Source of the DNA: Takakia lepidozioides
Taxonomy: Eukaryota > Plantae > Bryophyta
Direction: 5' to 3'
Assembly: GCA_030704615.1 (NCBI GenBank)
Contig: CM060734.1
Location: 30,876,001 to 30,940,000, forward strand
Length of the DNA stretch: 64,000 nt
Shown here: piece by piece, positions 1 through 13,880 of the stretch
How positions within the stretch are numbered: the first letter of the stretch is position 1
Layout: each line of letters opens with the position of its first letter
Made by a program: the position numbers and the translations under genes
The notes under the pieces: model-generated
The model's database searches: none
What the model was told of the DNA's origin: nothing
The model's input: only the letters and a program-made list of their open reading frames with translations

Positions 1-1832
1 GACATGTATGCCAAATGTGGGTGCATTAAAGATGCGAAGGGAGTTTTCACCACTATGGCTGAACGAGATGTGGTGCCATTGGACGCGATGCTTGCAGGGT
101 ATGCACAGCAAGAACGTGGTATGGAGGCTTTGGAGACTTATGAACAAATGATGGGAGAAGGGGTGAAGCCCGACCACATCACGTTTGGGTGTGTTTGCAA
201 TGCCTGTGCAAGCCTGGCAGCTCTGGAAAGGGGCAAAGAGGTCCATGGCGACATCTTCAGAGCTGGAATTGTACCAGATTTCATTCTCAACAATACCCCA
301 GTGGACATGTTTGCAAAATGTGGGTGCATCTAGGACGCAATGGGAGTGTTCAACACTATGGCTGAACAAGATGTGTCGTCATGCAAGCCTGGCAATCCTA
401 GAGAAGGGCAAAGAGGTGCATGGGGATATCGTCAAAGCTGGAATTGTACCAAATGTCATTCTAAACACTGCCCTGGCAGCTCTGGAAAAGGGAAAAGAGG
501 TCCATGGCGACATCTTCAGAGCTGGAATTGTACCAGCTGTCACTCTAAACAATACCCTGGTGGACATGTTTGCAAAATGTGGGTGCATCTAGGATGCAAA
601 GGGAGTGTTCGACACTATGGTTGAACAAGGTGTGGTGTCGTGGAGTGCGGTGCTTGCAGGGTATGCACAGCAGGGACGTGGGATGGAGGCTTTGGAGACC
701 TATGAGCAAATGATGTGCGGCGGGGTGAAGCCCGACCACATCACGTTTGTGTGCGTTTGCAGTGCGTGTGCAAGCCTGGCAGCCCTGGAAAAGGGCGAAG
801 AGGTGCATGGCGACATCGTCAGAGCTGGAATTGTACCAGATGTGATCCTGAACTCTGCCCTGGTGGACATGTATGCCAAATGTGGGTGCATGGAGGATGC
901 AAAGGGAGTGTTCGACAATATGGCTGAATGAGATGTAGTGTCGTGGAATGCAATGATCGCAGGATATGCACAGCATGGTTGTCATAGGGAGGTCCTGGAA
1001 CTATTTGAAGGAATGCAAAAGAACGGCTTTGAAGCAGTATGTGTTCTCTCTGCATGCAGCCATATTGGCCTTCTAAATGAAGGTAGACACTACTTCGATT
1101 CCCTGATTCAAGATCATGGTGTCACTCCGACAGTATAGCACTTTGGCTGCATGGTGGACCTTCTTGGACGTGTGGGACAACTGGATGAGGCAGTGGACCT
1201 GATTAATAAAATGCCAATCAATCCAGATGTTGTGGTGTGGAAGGCCTTGTTTAGTGCCTGCAGAATCCATGACAATGTAGAGATGGCTCAACGTGCAGCA
1301 ACATCTATCCTCAAGTGGAATAAACAGGATGCCGCGACTTATGTTGCTATCAAACATCTATGTTGTAGCTGGCAGGTGGGTTGATACTGTAAATGTGAGA
1401 AGAATGATGAAGGGTTGAAAAGGAGCCAGGTCGCTGCTGCATTGAGGTTTGCAACAGGGTGCACACCTTCGTTGTAGATGACAAGTTGCATCCCAGAATT
1501 AAGGAAATCCATGTTGAGCTGAGAAGATTGTCTGGGAAGATGAAGGAGGCGGGGTATGTGCCTGACAGGCGCTTTGTATTGCATGATATGGGGAGGAGGA
1601 AAAAGAATTTTCTTTTTGCCATCACAGTGAGAAGCTGGCCATTGGTTTTGGGCTGATCAGCATGACCCCTAGGACGCCTCTCCGTCTCATCAAGAATCTT
1701 CGAGTGTGTGGTGACTGCCACACCTCCACCAAATTCATCTCAAAGATCGTTGGCCGAGCAATTGTTGTACGGGACGCTAACCGCTTTCACCACTTTGAAG
1801 ATGGGATTTGTTCTTGTGGTGATTACTGGTGA
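1..1832 (+). pseudogene. PLS-class PPR protein with E and DYW cytidine-deaminase domain (organellar RNA-editing factor), 5'-truncated by the window edge, disrupted
   Basis: Repeated PPR motifs (LVDMYAKCG, SWNAMIAGYAQHG, PDHITF), an E domain (MVDLLGRVGQL...VVWKAL), a PG box, HSEKLA, CGDC, and a CSCGDYW* end at 1832. Multiple stops and frameshifts. Confidence 0.93.
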
Positions 1833-2885
1833 AAGGATGTCTTCTTGGAAAGATGCAAGTGTCTTGCTTCATTCATTGATTTGTGACTTAGCTACTCACA
1901 CCATCCACGATTTCCCGAAAGTATTGACCATGATGTACTGTTGAGTGCATTTCATGTGCCATAAATCCACAGGAAATGATAGTGGGGTCTACCCAGCATA
2001 GGTGGGAAGTCAGCCCATAATTGCACTTGACTAAAAGGGTGATTTTTGACTGATTCTGGTGACAGTGGATGGAAATCAGAGTGTTGTCCTAATTCTGGGT
2101 TTGGGTGGTGGAGCTTCTCCAAAGCTTCAAGATGGAAGTGAATACGAATTTTAATGAGCTTGATGAGAGGGGCAGCCCTGTGCACAAGTTTGTTCAGCAT
2201 CTTAAATTTGGACGTGTTTGTTTCTCGTGGTGTGGCTTTGGATGGAGCCCTTGATGAACTTGCATGAATATTGTCAAAAACTAGCCTTAACCCACCAAGA
2301 TCCAATCCCATGATGGATACTTGAAAGTTCATACAGTGAATGTAAGGGTATTTGGGTATGTTGTTATTGATTGATGCGGCTTGTGAAAATTTGAATGTTG
2401 AAATGCATAGGATTACTTTCATACGGTTCATCCCCTTGGATGAATGTCAGATATGCCATCAAACATGAGGGCATGTTCCGTTTTGGAATGGGCCCACCAA
2501 AAACGGGCTCGTCCTTTAGGGGTTAAAAGGGCCTCTGTCCCCTTTCATTTATTTTTTTTTTTAAAATATGTAGGGAGGAACATTAGACATTACACCATCC
2601 AAGTACCTTACCAGGCTGTGGATGAGCATTACGTTTTGTAATAAGGAGGCTGTAAGGCAACCAATGGTCTCTTCTACGTATATGATAATGCCCTGAGTGG
2701 AGGGCATTCCCGGACTTAAGGGCCTAACGCCGAGGGCGGTAGCCCCAGGGGAAGGCTTGCAAATCCGGGAATGCCCGACACGAGGGGCATTACCCTGCGT
2801 AAAGAACTGCCACAAAATTAAAAAATAATAATAATGTCCGGTGCATTCTGCATTTCAGAATGCACTCGAGGGAGCTGATGGGGTG

Positions 2886-3609
2886 TGTCGCGCACCTCAC
2901 TTCGGTAAGCTCCCCCCTCAAGTCATAGTTACTCGCTTGATGCGCGCGCCTAACTCCCAACCTGGCCGCCGACCCAACTTGGAGCTCCGGCTGCTTACCG
3001 GGGCATAACGGTCCCCCTTTGATCTCCCAAAGAACCCTCCAACGATTTGGAACCAGCGGAATTCCCTTTGGTAGTTGGCAGTCCGGAACAGCTCCCCACT
3101 CTTTGGTCGCTTTCCGGCTCGCTCGCTTACTCACTAGTTTTTGGTCACCAACGGGCTTGCACCGTTCTCGGGGTTACCACTCCCTATATATACTTCTGTA
3201 GCTGTCCGCAGGGGTTTCACAAACAACCATGCCATTTTATGGCGAACCACCACGAACACCCTCGACTCCCGGTGATGAGTCGCGGTGAGTCTTGGCCCAC
3301 CCGCCACGGCCCCTATGGACCGTGATGAGTCCCAAGACTCCCCACGACTCCACCACGAGGTCTCCGCCTCAGGGTGAGTCCTATGCCACCCCCACTAAGT
3401 CCCGCTAAGCTACCACCACCCCTTGTGGAGTCACCCCCACCGCAACCCGGTGTGCGGGGCTCCACCTAGTGAGCGCCTTCGCCTCCTTGAGTGTCTTGGG
3501 CACTCAAGGGTGCTTCAGCCCCCCATACCTATCGCTGCCACTGCCCCCACCACAGGGGTAGCCCCTCTTGTGTCCCGACCCCCTGCCCTCAAGGCAAAGG
3601 GCCGCGACA
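2886..3609. repeat. 3' LTR of gypsy copy 1
   Basis: TG...CA ends; highly similar to 16950-17676 and 23184-23913. Confidence 0.93.
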
Positions 3610-4514
3610 CACACCCTACCAACAGGGAGTCGATGTCCTCATCGTCTTGTCCATTTTGTGGAAACGAACATCCAAGTTGTGGCGTCCCACATCAAGGAGT
3701 TTGTTTCCGTACCATGGCGTCCCATGGCAAAGAACCAAACCCCACACTTGACTCTACTCTCCACTAGCTAGTTTGGCCGACTTCCTCCAAGTCCCGGCCA
3801 AGGGTGGAGCCTCTCAAGCTCCTCCCAGTGCACTCTTCTTGGCCTACTTCAAGGCCAAGGAATGATCCTCCCCGAGGATCGAATCGTCTTACTGCAACAA
3901 CATTGCTTGCAACCGCTCATGATGCCGCTTTTGGCATCACCTTGAGCAAGGGTTCACCTCGAACCCTCTTTGACTAGGAAGATAACCTTGAACCAACCGC
4001 GCGCCCCAATCACTACAATTGGGTCCGCCTTGGAATGCTGGCCTGAGGTACGGGAACACGCCGAAGCCGCACTACGACTTCGTCCCGAGGCTACACGATT
4101 ATAGTACGTGAACGGAAGCACGTAGCTTCCGCATTAGCCCGCACTACAAAACAACCCCCTCGGTAGCGCAGTTATAGTATGCGCACGCACCAGGTACGCA
4201 CTAGCACGTGAACTCTTAAAGAAGACGCAAGTTTCCTTACCCCTTGGATGGGAGTCATACGATTTCGGCACTGTGCAAACACACGATTAACCCAATTTAC
4301 CTCTCCCACTTTTGTAAGCTAGCATGCATTCTACACACTAGCCAACCACACCATGCATCACCATTCCAAACAAAATAGGACGCACAACATTTGGAACCCA
4401 TTTCCTTTATAACAAACTTTTGTACAATACAAGTTTTTGCAATCGGATTCCTAAGCTAGCTAGGCCGGGCTAAGCATGCATTTCCTCCCCCACGCTCCAA
4501 GGTTGATGTCCCCA

Positions 4515-7500
4515 TCAACGCTTCTTCCGCTTTTGAGGTCGCCCTTCGAAAACTGCAACCGCCTCGGATGCGTTTCCCATTTCTGAGGCACGCACCCAAG
4601 ATGCCTCCACATGACGATAGCCCTTCCATTTGACGAGATACTCCGTTTCTCGGTTCTTGAACCTCCTCGACTTAAGTACTGCCTCCACCTCGTACTCAGA
4701 TTCATTTTCATGATCCAACAGCACAGGTGGCGGACGCAACACTTGATGCCGATTCGGACGCGCTTCATCTTTTGAAGTAAGGCTTCAAAAGGGAGACGTG
4801 GAATACTGGATACACCTTGCTGTTTGCCGGCAGCTCCAATTCATACACATTCTCATTCATAACCTTCCGGATGCGAAAGGGTCCCGCATACGGAGGTACG
4901 AACTTTGGACTCACTTCCGGAGGTAGTCGGAAATTCTTGATGTTCAACCAGACCTCCGTGCCTGCCTCAAACTTCACTTCCCTCCGCTTCCGATTCGCCT
5001 GCCTTTCATACCGTTTCCTAGCTTTGGCAATGTTGTACTTTGCGAGCTTCAACAAACGCTCGCGTTCTTCCAGTACCGCCGCTACTGCCGGTTCCTCAAC
5101 GTCCTGGGCGGCCCAACTTGTCGGCACCAGAGGTGCTTTTCCATAGACCAATACGAAAGGGGAAACTCCCGTTGCGGAGTGTTCTGTGTTATTATAACAG
5201 AACTCTGCCGCGTCTAAGTGTTCCACCCAGTCTGTTTGGTCTGCCGACACGTAATTCCGCAAGATCTGCTTCACTACGGAATTCACTCTTTCCGTTTGGC
5301 CGTCGGTCGTAGGTCGGAAGGCGGTGCTCATCTTCAGCCTCATCCCCATCTTCTTCCAAAGTGCCCTCCAAAATTTACTCGTAAACTTTGGATCGCGGTC
5401 CGAGACAATATCCTTCGGGACTCCATGATGCTTTAAGACGTGGGCGAAGTAAAGTCGCCCTGTTTCCTGCGCCGTTGCCGTCTCTTTGGTGGGGATGAAA
5501 TGGCCCATTTTACTGAACCTATCCACCACCACCATGATTGCATCGAATCCTTTTGACAGCGGCATAGCAGTCATGAAATCCATCGAGACGCTTTCCCAAG
5601 TCCCCTCTGGAATCGGCAAGGGTTGTAAGAGCCCTGCTTGCTTTTTGTACTCGCTCCGATTTTGTTGGCATGTGGTGCATGTCTTGACATACTCCTCTGC
5701 CTCCTCCTTCAGTTTGGGCCAGAAATACTCTTTCTTCAATAGTGCCGCAGTGCGCTTGGCTCCGCCGTGGCCCGCAAGCGGACTATAATGGCATTCTCTC
5801 AAGAGGCTATTTCTGATCCATCCCTTCGGCACGTAGAGACGCTTTTGCTTATACCGGAGCAGTCTATTTTGCAAGTGGAACTGCGATTTAACCCCCATCC
5901 TCAAGTCCTGCATCACGGACTTCGCCAGATCATCCTTCCGGCAAGCCTTCCGGATCTTCCTTTGGAGCGCCGTCTCGCCCCTGTACACCAACATGAGCTG
6001 CTGCTTTCTACTTAAAGCATCGGCCACCACGTTGTCCCGTCCCGGTTTGTACTGGATATCCACGTTGAACACCGCCAAAGTATCTTGCCACCTAAGTTGT
6101 TTTGGGGACAACTTGGGCTGCGTGGCAAAATACTTCACCGTGACATTGTCCGTGAATACCTTCACTGGGTTGGAACCAACATAGTGGCGCCAAAGCTCAA
6201 GACAGTGCACCACCGCCTTCATCTCTTTCTCGTGCGTCGGCCACCGTCGCTCCACTTCATTTAGTTTCTTACTTTCGTAAGCCACTGGACGTCCATCTTG
6301 CATCAGTACACCCCCAATCGCGAAGTCCGACGCATCTGTATGAATCTCGAACGGAAGATCGAACTCCGGGATTTTCAAGACTGGAGCTTCCGCCATCCGC
6401 TTCTTCAATTCAGCAAAAGCTTGGCCACAAAAGGTGTTTCATGCCCAGACTTTGGATTTACACAGAAGGTCTGACAGCGGCCCCGCGATCTTGGCGAGAT
6501 TTCTCACATACTTCCAGTAATAGGAGGCGAGTCCTGGGAAGGATCGCACTCCCGGGACCGAAGTCGGAGGCTCATAGTCCAAGATTGCCCTCACCTTCTT
6601 GTCATCTATTCTGATCCCATCCTGTGTAATCACATGCCCCAGGAACTCCACTTTTGTGACCCCGAATTCGCACTTTGAAGCTTTGGGCATACAGCTTCCC
6701 TTCCCGCAATTTCTGGAACACCCTTTTGAGGTGCTCCTCCTTTGTTTTCGAATACACCAAGATGTCGTCGATGTACACGATCACAAAGTCATCCAACCAC
6801 TCCTGGAAAAGGCTGTTCATCAGCGTGCTAAAGGTCGCGGGAGCGTTGGTGAGTCCAAAAGGCATCACTCATATGAACCATACCTTGTCATGCACGCGGT
6901 CTTCTCCTCATCTCCTTCCGCCACTCGAATTTGATGATAGCCGGAGCGCAGATCGATCCGGCTGAAATACTTCGCTCCTGCCAACCGATCGAAAAGGTCG
7001 TCGATCCTTGGCAAAGGGTGCCGGTTTTTTATAGTCACCTTATTCAAAGCCCTGTAATCGACACACATCCGCAGCGTCCCATCTTTCTTGTCTGCGAATA
7101 GCACCGAGGCTCCGTAAGGTGACTTACTCGGCCGGATGTACCCTTTTGACATTAGATCTTTGAGCTGAGTCTTCAGCTCGACCAACTCTTTGTGGCTCAA
7201 CCGGTAGGGCGCCTTGGCAGGCGGTTCCGTTCCCGGTATCACCTCAATCTTGTGGTCAACTCCTCTTCGCAGTGGCAAGCCGCTTGGTAAATCCTCCGGC
7301 ATCACATCCTGGTATTTCTCCAAAATCCTCTTGATCCAATCTGGGCTCGGCTCCCCATCGCCTTCTCCCTTCACTTCTCTAATGTAGAACAAAAACTGGG
7401 GCTCGTGTGCCTCCTCCACGGCCCACTCCCTTGCTGACAGAAGGTTTATTCACCCTCCCACGGGTTTGGGCATTTCTGACACTCGTAAGACCTCGCCACC

Positions 7501-8479
7501 ATTCCCACATGGCAGCGTGACTACTCTCTTGCGGCCATCTATGACCGCTCCGGATTTGCTCAAAAAGGTCATCCCCAAAATGAGATCCACTCCATCGATC
7601 TCGCAGATGGTGAAGTTCTCACGTCCCTCCCAACTCCCTAGTTGAAGAGGAACATCAAACGCCAACCTTGTCGCCAATTGCGGTTCTGTTTTGGCAGAAC
7701 ACACCTCAATAGAGGCCCCCATGTCACTTGTCGGGAGTCCCAGCTTTTGTGCCGTTGCCGGTGTCATGAAGGAGTGCGACGCTCATGTGTCCACCAACAA
7801 CGACACGTTAGTTCCGGATATTATCCCATCCACGAACAATAATTGACTCCCTTTACGTAAGGCGCCAGTTTCCTGATACAACTCGCAAGAAAATTTGCCT
7901 ACCTTGCAAGTCCTGGCGACCACCGCTTCCACCAAGAGACTGATGGTATCTTTCAACAGCTCTGTGGTCGCCCAAGTCATGTTCAATTGCCGGGGCTTCG
8001 TGCACTTCTTGGCCATGTGCCTGGGCTCCCCGCAATTGAAACACACTCCATCAAAGGTCGCCTTCTGTCCACCATAGGCCGCTCCACCCGCTTTTTCTTT
8101 CGAAGCACCGGGTGCCGCCTTGATTTGTGAAGGCCCTCCCTTCGATTTCCACGTGCCATTGTCGCCACGTGGCCTATCCCACTTCTTTTCCGGTCGGAAG
8201 GAATCACCTTCCCGCCGGGTCTTGTGGTTCAGCTCCGTACGGCCTTGTCTTTCATCCTTAGGGACATCCGAGAAACATTCAGCCCTCTCAATTGCCTCGT
8301 TCAAAGTCTTAGGTGGCTTCTCCTCCAACTTCCGCCTGGCCCATGGGGCCAGTCCCGCCACAAAGTTGAAGACCATTTCTAGTTCTGCCATGTCCGCGAC
8401 TTCGAGCAAAAACACATTGAAAGCCTGGACATATCCCCGAATGTCATCTGTTTGCTTCAAATTCCTCATCTTGTCCCGG
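4515..8479 (-). pseudogene. gag-pol polyprotein remnant of gypsy copy 1
   Basis: ORFs 7783-8469, 7450-7767, 6865-7419, 6602-6868, 6439-6690, 4765-6408 and 4515-4742 give consecutive GAG-PR-RT-RH-INT-chromodomain pieces. Confidence 0.93.
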
Positions 8480-8979
8480 NNNNNNNNNNNNNNNNNNNNN
8501 NNNNNNNNNNNNNNNNNNNNNNNNNNNNNNNNNNNNNNNNNNNNNNNNNNNNNNNNNNNNNNNNNNNNNNNNNNNNNNNNNNNNNNNNNNNNNNNNNNNN
8601 NNNNNNNNNNNNNNNNNNNNNNNNNNNNNNNNNNNNNNNNNNNNNNNNNNNNNNNNNNNNNNNNNNNNNNNNNNNNNNNNNNNNNNNNNNNNNNNNNNNN
8701 NNNNNNNNNNNNNNNNNNNNNNNNNNNNNNNNNNNNNNNNNNNNNNNNNNNNNNNNNNNNNNNNNNNNNNNNNNNNNNNNNNNNNNNNNNNNNNNNNNNN
8801 NNNNNNNNNNNNNNNNNNNNNNNNNNNNNNNNNNNNNNNNNNNNNNNNNNNNNNNNNNNNNNNNNNNNNNNNNNNNNNNNNNNNNNNNNNNNNNNNNNNN
8901 NNNNNNNNNNNNNNNNNNNNNNNNNNNNNNNNNNNNNNNNNNNNNNNNNNNNNNNNNNNNNNNNNNNNNNNNNNNNNNN
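8480..8979. other. Assembly gap (500 N)
   Basis: Run of n characters. Confidence 1.
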
Positions 8980-9553
8980 AAACCCAAAAAGCCCTAAACG
9001 CTAAACCCAGAAAGGCCGGCCGTGGCCTCCTGCGACACCCTCGCGTCACATTTGGAGACGCATTTTTTTCAAATTTTTACCTGGAGGTCGCACCCCGTGA
9101 CGGAAAGCCGTCACGGGAGGCGACACGTTTTTTTATTTATGGGGCCGGGGGTCGCAAGCAGCGACGGCCCGCCATCGCAAATACCATTTTTAGATTTAAA
9201 AAAAAAGGCGGGGCGCAGGCGTGCGACGGGCCGAGCGTCGCACGTAGGCGCTGCGCTTTTTTTTTTTCCCCTAAGTGCTTGAAGCACCTCTTTCCCCTCC
9301 CATTTTCGTTTGTTCTTTGGGAGAGAGGTAGTTCAGAAAGTGGGGTTTAGGGTGGAGGAGAAGCGCACCTGCTGCTGAGCCCGAGGTGGTCGCAAGGCCC
9401 CAAGGAGTTTGCCCCAACACCGCTCCAACGCCCAAGGTAAGCACCGCCTCTTCCCTCACTTTCTCTCTTCTTTTCTTGCCCTAAGCACGGGCTGATGTCT
9501 CTCTCCTCTGTGTGGTAAGAATGCCGCGCAGAGGCACGATCTAAACGAGCTGA

Positions 9554-9569
9554 AGAGAGAGAGAGAGAA

Positions 9570-9618
<49 letters not shown>
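9554..9618. repeat. (GA)n microsatellite
   Basis: Visible directly; a second GA run lies at about 9822-9860. Confidence 0.95.
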
Positions 9619-9620
<2 letters not shown>

Positions 9621-9904
9621 ATGGTGAGCGGGGGAGAGACGCCCTGCAGCGGCGGGGACCCGCGCCGTTGGCAGCCGCGACAGCACCGCAGCAGCTCGCT
9701 TGAAGCACCAGTAGCAGCAGCGGAGGTAGGTCAGGGTGGGGAGATGGTCTATGGTCTGTCTTGTCATGTGGGATGGAAAGATGTCGAGAGTTGTCCATAA
9801 CTTGTATGTCACATCAAAAGTGAGAGAGAGAGAGAGAGAGAGGGAGAGAGAGGAAGAGATGACGAAACAAAACAAAACAAAAAAAGGTTGGGGGGGGGAG
9901 TTAC

Positions 9905-11460
9905 TGAGCAGAAGGGGCTGGGCTTTTGGCTCAGCCTTGAGACTTTTGAAGTTGGTAAACAGAGGTACATGCACAATTCCCTTTATAGATTTGAAGAGAG
10001 CGTCTCTTTGGTGAGAGAACCCCGGACATCAGAAAATGAATACTGTCTTCAGATTGCCCACACAACGGGCAATTGCACTCTCCCTTTCCTCTCTGCTTCT
10101 GTTTACTGTTCAAAGGTAGTATTCATGCCCTGAGTTTAAATTTCAGTTTGGTGCCAAGAGTGGGATAGACCCTTGAGCGCACCCATGATGTCCTCCCCCA
10201 TTTCACAGACTGGAAACAGGTTCAGGGAAGTTTTCTTCCTAACTTCATTTTCATCGGACAATTTTCTGGTAACAGACATGGCTTTGGAAACTACACTATC
10301 TAAGTCAGGTTTATTCAGCAAGGTCAAGACTTGCGGGTCCAGATTCAGATCCTTGAGAATCTCTTCTACTCTCTTCTCCCAGGGCTTACCCTGTTTGACA
10401 GGGCGGTCCTGTTTCCAAGATATAGAGTCGATTAACTTAGGATATCTGGTGTTGGACATATGTTGCAGCTGAACCCACCATCTGACCTTGAATTTATCTC
10501 GTCTGGAGCTTAAAAAAGAGTAGCACACAAGAGAGGGAGGGAGAGGGAGAGGGAGACATCAGGGGACAACAAAGAAAAGAAAAGAAGGTGGGGTGGGGGG
10601 GAGTGACTGAGCAGCTGCTGCTGCTCAACTTCCCCCCCCCCACATTTTTTTTTTTGCTTTGTTGCCCCCTCTCTTGGGGAAACAAAAGGGATAGATCCTA
10701 CCTCTGTCAGGGGCTGACGTTGGTAGTAAGACTTACCTTCACATATAGAATTAATCCGGGTTTTCCAGATATCCTCTACAAATCCCTTCACACAAAGCAT
10801 CAATCTGCTGTGTGTGAGTTGCCCAAAAACTAGGCCTCAGAAGGGGCTGGGCTTTTGGCTCAGCCTGGACTTTTTCAAAGTTAGTAAACAGAGGTACATG
10901 CACAATTCCCTTGATAGATTTGAAGAGAGCGTCTCTTTGGTGAGAGAACCCCGGACAGTGTATCAGAAAATGAATAATGTCTTCAGGTTGCCCACACAAC
11001 GGGCAATTGCACTCTCCCGATCCTCTCTGCTTCTGTTTGCTTATCAAAGGAAGGCTTCTTGCCCCGAGTTTAAATTTCAGTCTAGTGCCGAGAGTGGGTA
11101 GTCCCTTGAGGTCATCCAAGATGTCCTCCCCCCTGTCATAGACTAGAAACAAGTTTAGGGAAGTTTTTTGCCTAACTTCATTTTCATCTGACAGTCTCAT
11201 GGCAACAGATATGGTTGGACACTACAGCCTCTAAGTCAGATTTATCCAGCAGGGTGAAGACTTGCGGTTCCAGATCCAGGTCCTTGAGAATCTCTTCTAC
11301 TGTCTTCTGCCAGGACTTAGCCTATTTGACAGGTTGGTGGGTGGTCCTGTTTCCAAGATATAGAGTCGATTAACTTAGGATATCTGGTGTTGGACATATG
11401 CTGCAGCTGACCCCACCATCTGACCTTAAACTCATCTCGTCGGGAGCTTAAAAGAGAGGG
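9905..11460 (-). mobile_element. Two tandem 5'-truncated non-LTR retrotransposon (LINE) 3' fragments
   Basis: 9905-10515 and 10690-11460 are similar to each other. They encode KFKLGARSLPL...CPLCGQPEDIIHFLIHC, a CCHC zinc finger typical of a LINE ORF2 C-terminus. Confidence 0.7.
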
Positions 11461-13880
11461 ACAGAGAGGGAAGATAAAATGTCTTGTCGAGACATGGACA
11501 AGACCAAACAAGGTCTTTGTCAATTTTTACGACAAATCAGCCTCATAACGAGGCACTATCAATCATTCTCCATTCATAAACCAGTCTGCTAACATACAAC
11601 AAATCCCATGGTTCATGAAATCTCTAGGTGGGGGGGGTGGGATTATATAAAAATCCGCATTAGTATATGCTTCATTAAAATGCATGTCTAAACAGGGACC
11701 CAATCATGTATCACACGTTTGGGTATGCTTTCAGATATAACAAAGCAACTGTTCATAGCAGGGAAAACTTGTTTATCCTACTAACATCACTCCCCAAGAT
11801 GACATGAACACTCTGAAAATGAAGTTCCACTTATTATGTAATCTTATGGCCATATCAAAGCATCATACATATTGTGAATCATTTACTCATAAGTGGTATG
11901 ACCTCATACCTTGTTTTTTTGCCCCAGAACCTGGTTTAGGTCTGGGGCCATTGTATACACTGTGGTAACAAGGTGTTAAGTAGCAAACAATTGTACATAT
12001 TGCTATTTTACCACTGTGCAAAGCAAGGAAGCCAATCTTCAGATTGCTGAATTTCATCTCCTATGGTTACATTGTATATCTGCAGATCTTACTAAATGAT
12101 ATGTAAACATGGAATACAATCAGAAGATATTGATTATGTTCCATAATCTGGCTTCAGCCAAGTACAACGAGTATATATTCTAGCAAAATGTTTACCATAT
12201 CACCAAGCATTCATGGAGGTATAGAGAGATATACAGGGCTTGTACTAGCTTAATCCTTGATGTCTTAAAATCCCTCTAAACATATTGTCTGAGTTCAAAA
12301 AGATCTTTCAGGTTACTGTGCTGCTTGGTACCTGCCATAGCAGTAAAGCCAGTCTACCCTAGAGCCCGTTTTAGGTTTTGGGGTAATCTGTATCTGCTTC
12401 AGCAGGGTACTTGCAAGGTCACAAACAAGTAAAGAAGGACTGGAAATCAAATGGCATGCATCAGTCATCATACATGGCCTAAAAACAAGAGATTGGTGTT
12501 CCCTATGTCCTCTTACTTGGCTGCCCGATACCCTTCACGCCCAGCATCTTACCAGTACTATAAACCGAAAATAAAAGCTCAGGCTGGGCTGTAAACAGCA
12601 AATCCAGCGCCATCATGTAATGTAGTAGAAATCAAAGGCAAGAGTCATTACTAGAACATAAGTGTTCTAATAAAGCTCATCTAATGCATTGATGCTCAAC
12701 AGAAAGAGTTGGAAGCATAGCCAGAAAGATCAAGATAAGGGGGTAGATTTGAATCAGCTCCCTGAAGAAACAGCTTGAGTCGACTTCACTTCATCTTGCT
12801 AGGTTTCAATCAATTGCAAGCTTCATGAATCATATTAAGTGAGGAATCACATGCCCTCACCTGGTCTCCATCACATGCAATCAAAAAACAAAAGAAGTTA
12901 GTGAGATGTGGAACCCCAGGTGAATATCAGGCCTCACGCTTGTTATCGCTGTACAACATGCGTTCAAAAGCAAGAAGAGATCAAAAGCAAAGCAAAGATT
13001 ATCCACAACCTTAAGGGTTTGTGGAAGAGGATTCAACATAGCTCCAAGAACTCGGCAATTGACAGCACAAACAAGCAACGGTTTGCTGATTTCTACGAGC
13101 ATTTTATCAAGTGAAGAGACTTCTTGAAAGTTTGAGAGCGGCGCTGGATCTTAATGACCATTGAACGGATCGACAAACAATCACTGCTTAGGGTAGATTG
13201 TCCGCCAAGGGAAGAGACAACCTCATTGAGGGAATTGAAGCTCTGCCGCCATTGCATACCCCAAGGGGCTTGCCAGAGCACTTGCAGGCTGCCATAAAGC
13301 TTCTCCATAGCCATCAAATTCACAAGCTTCGTGTTTAAATGAATTCACTGACACCATCGCTCACCTCCAGCAGAATCAAAACGCACGCGTATCGTGCAGA
13401 GTTTTAGGGTGGAGGAAGAGATAGGGCAAACCTTCGCGATTTCATCCAAATTAGATGAAAAACAGGTAATGAGATGTAAAAAACTTCCCTGATTTCATCA
13501 TGATGTCATCTAGTAGGGATGGCATCCAAAATAGGGTCTGGCTTTCATTAGGGTTAGTTCTCATGACCAAAATCATCCAAAGAACCCGGCTATCAGAGAA
13601 TATTCTTTAATGGAATTCATCCATTTTCATGATTACATCCAGTATGGATGAGATTTAAAATATGGTTTAGACAGAAATAGTCCAAGTCTTCCTGGGTTTT
13701 GGAAAAAATACAAGCAAGTTCCTTGTATAGAGGGAGAGAGGGCGAGAGAGGGAGAGAGAGAGGGAGTGAGAAGGAGAGATCATGAAACCAAAGTTCCATG
13801 TTTTATCCTTTCCTTTGCATGCATGATTTTCTTTGTTGTTTGTTTCTTCTTTTGAATTTGGAGGGGTTATTTGTTTTCAG

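Larger units (their letters stand above)
2886..8479 (-). mobile_element. Ty3/gypsy chromovirus LTR retrotransposon, copy 1 (5' part lost in the N gap)
   Basis: 3' LTR at 2886-3609 (TGTCGCG...CGCGACA) with the PPT adjacent. Minus-strand gag zinc knuckle, protease (LVDT), RT (YIDDIL), RNase H, integrase (GPF) and chromodomain (YEVEAVL...YLVKWKGY), with frameshifts and stops. Confidence 0.95.

Noticed and set aside
8120-9049. Long ORFs spanning the gap
   Set aside because: Artefacts of the N run.
9347-10014. SLSLSL/ERERE ORFs
   Set aside because: Translations of GA microsatellites.
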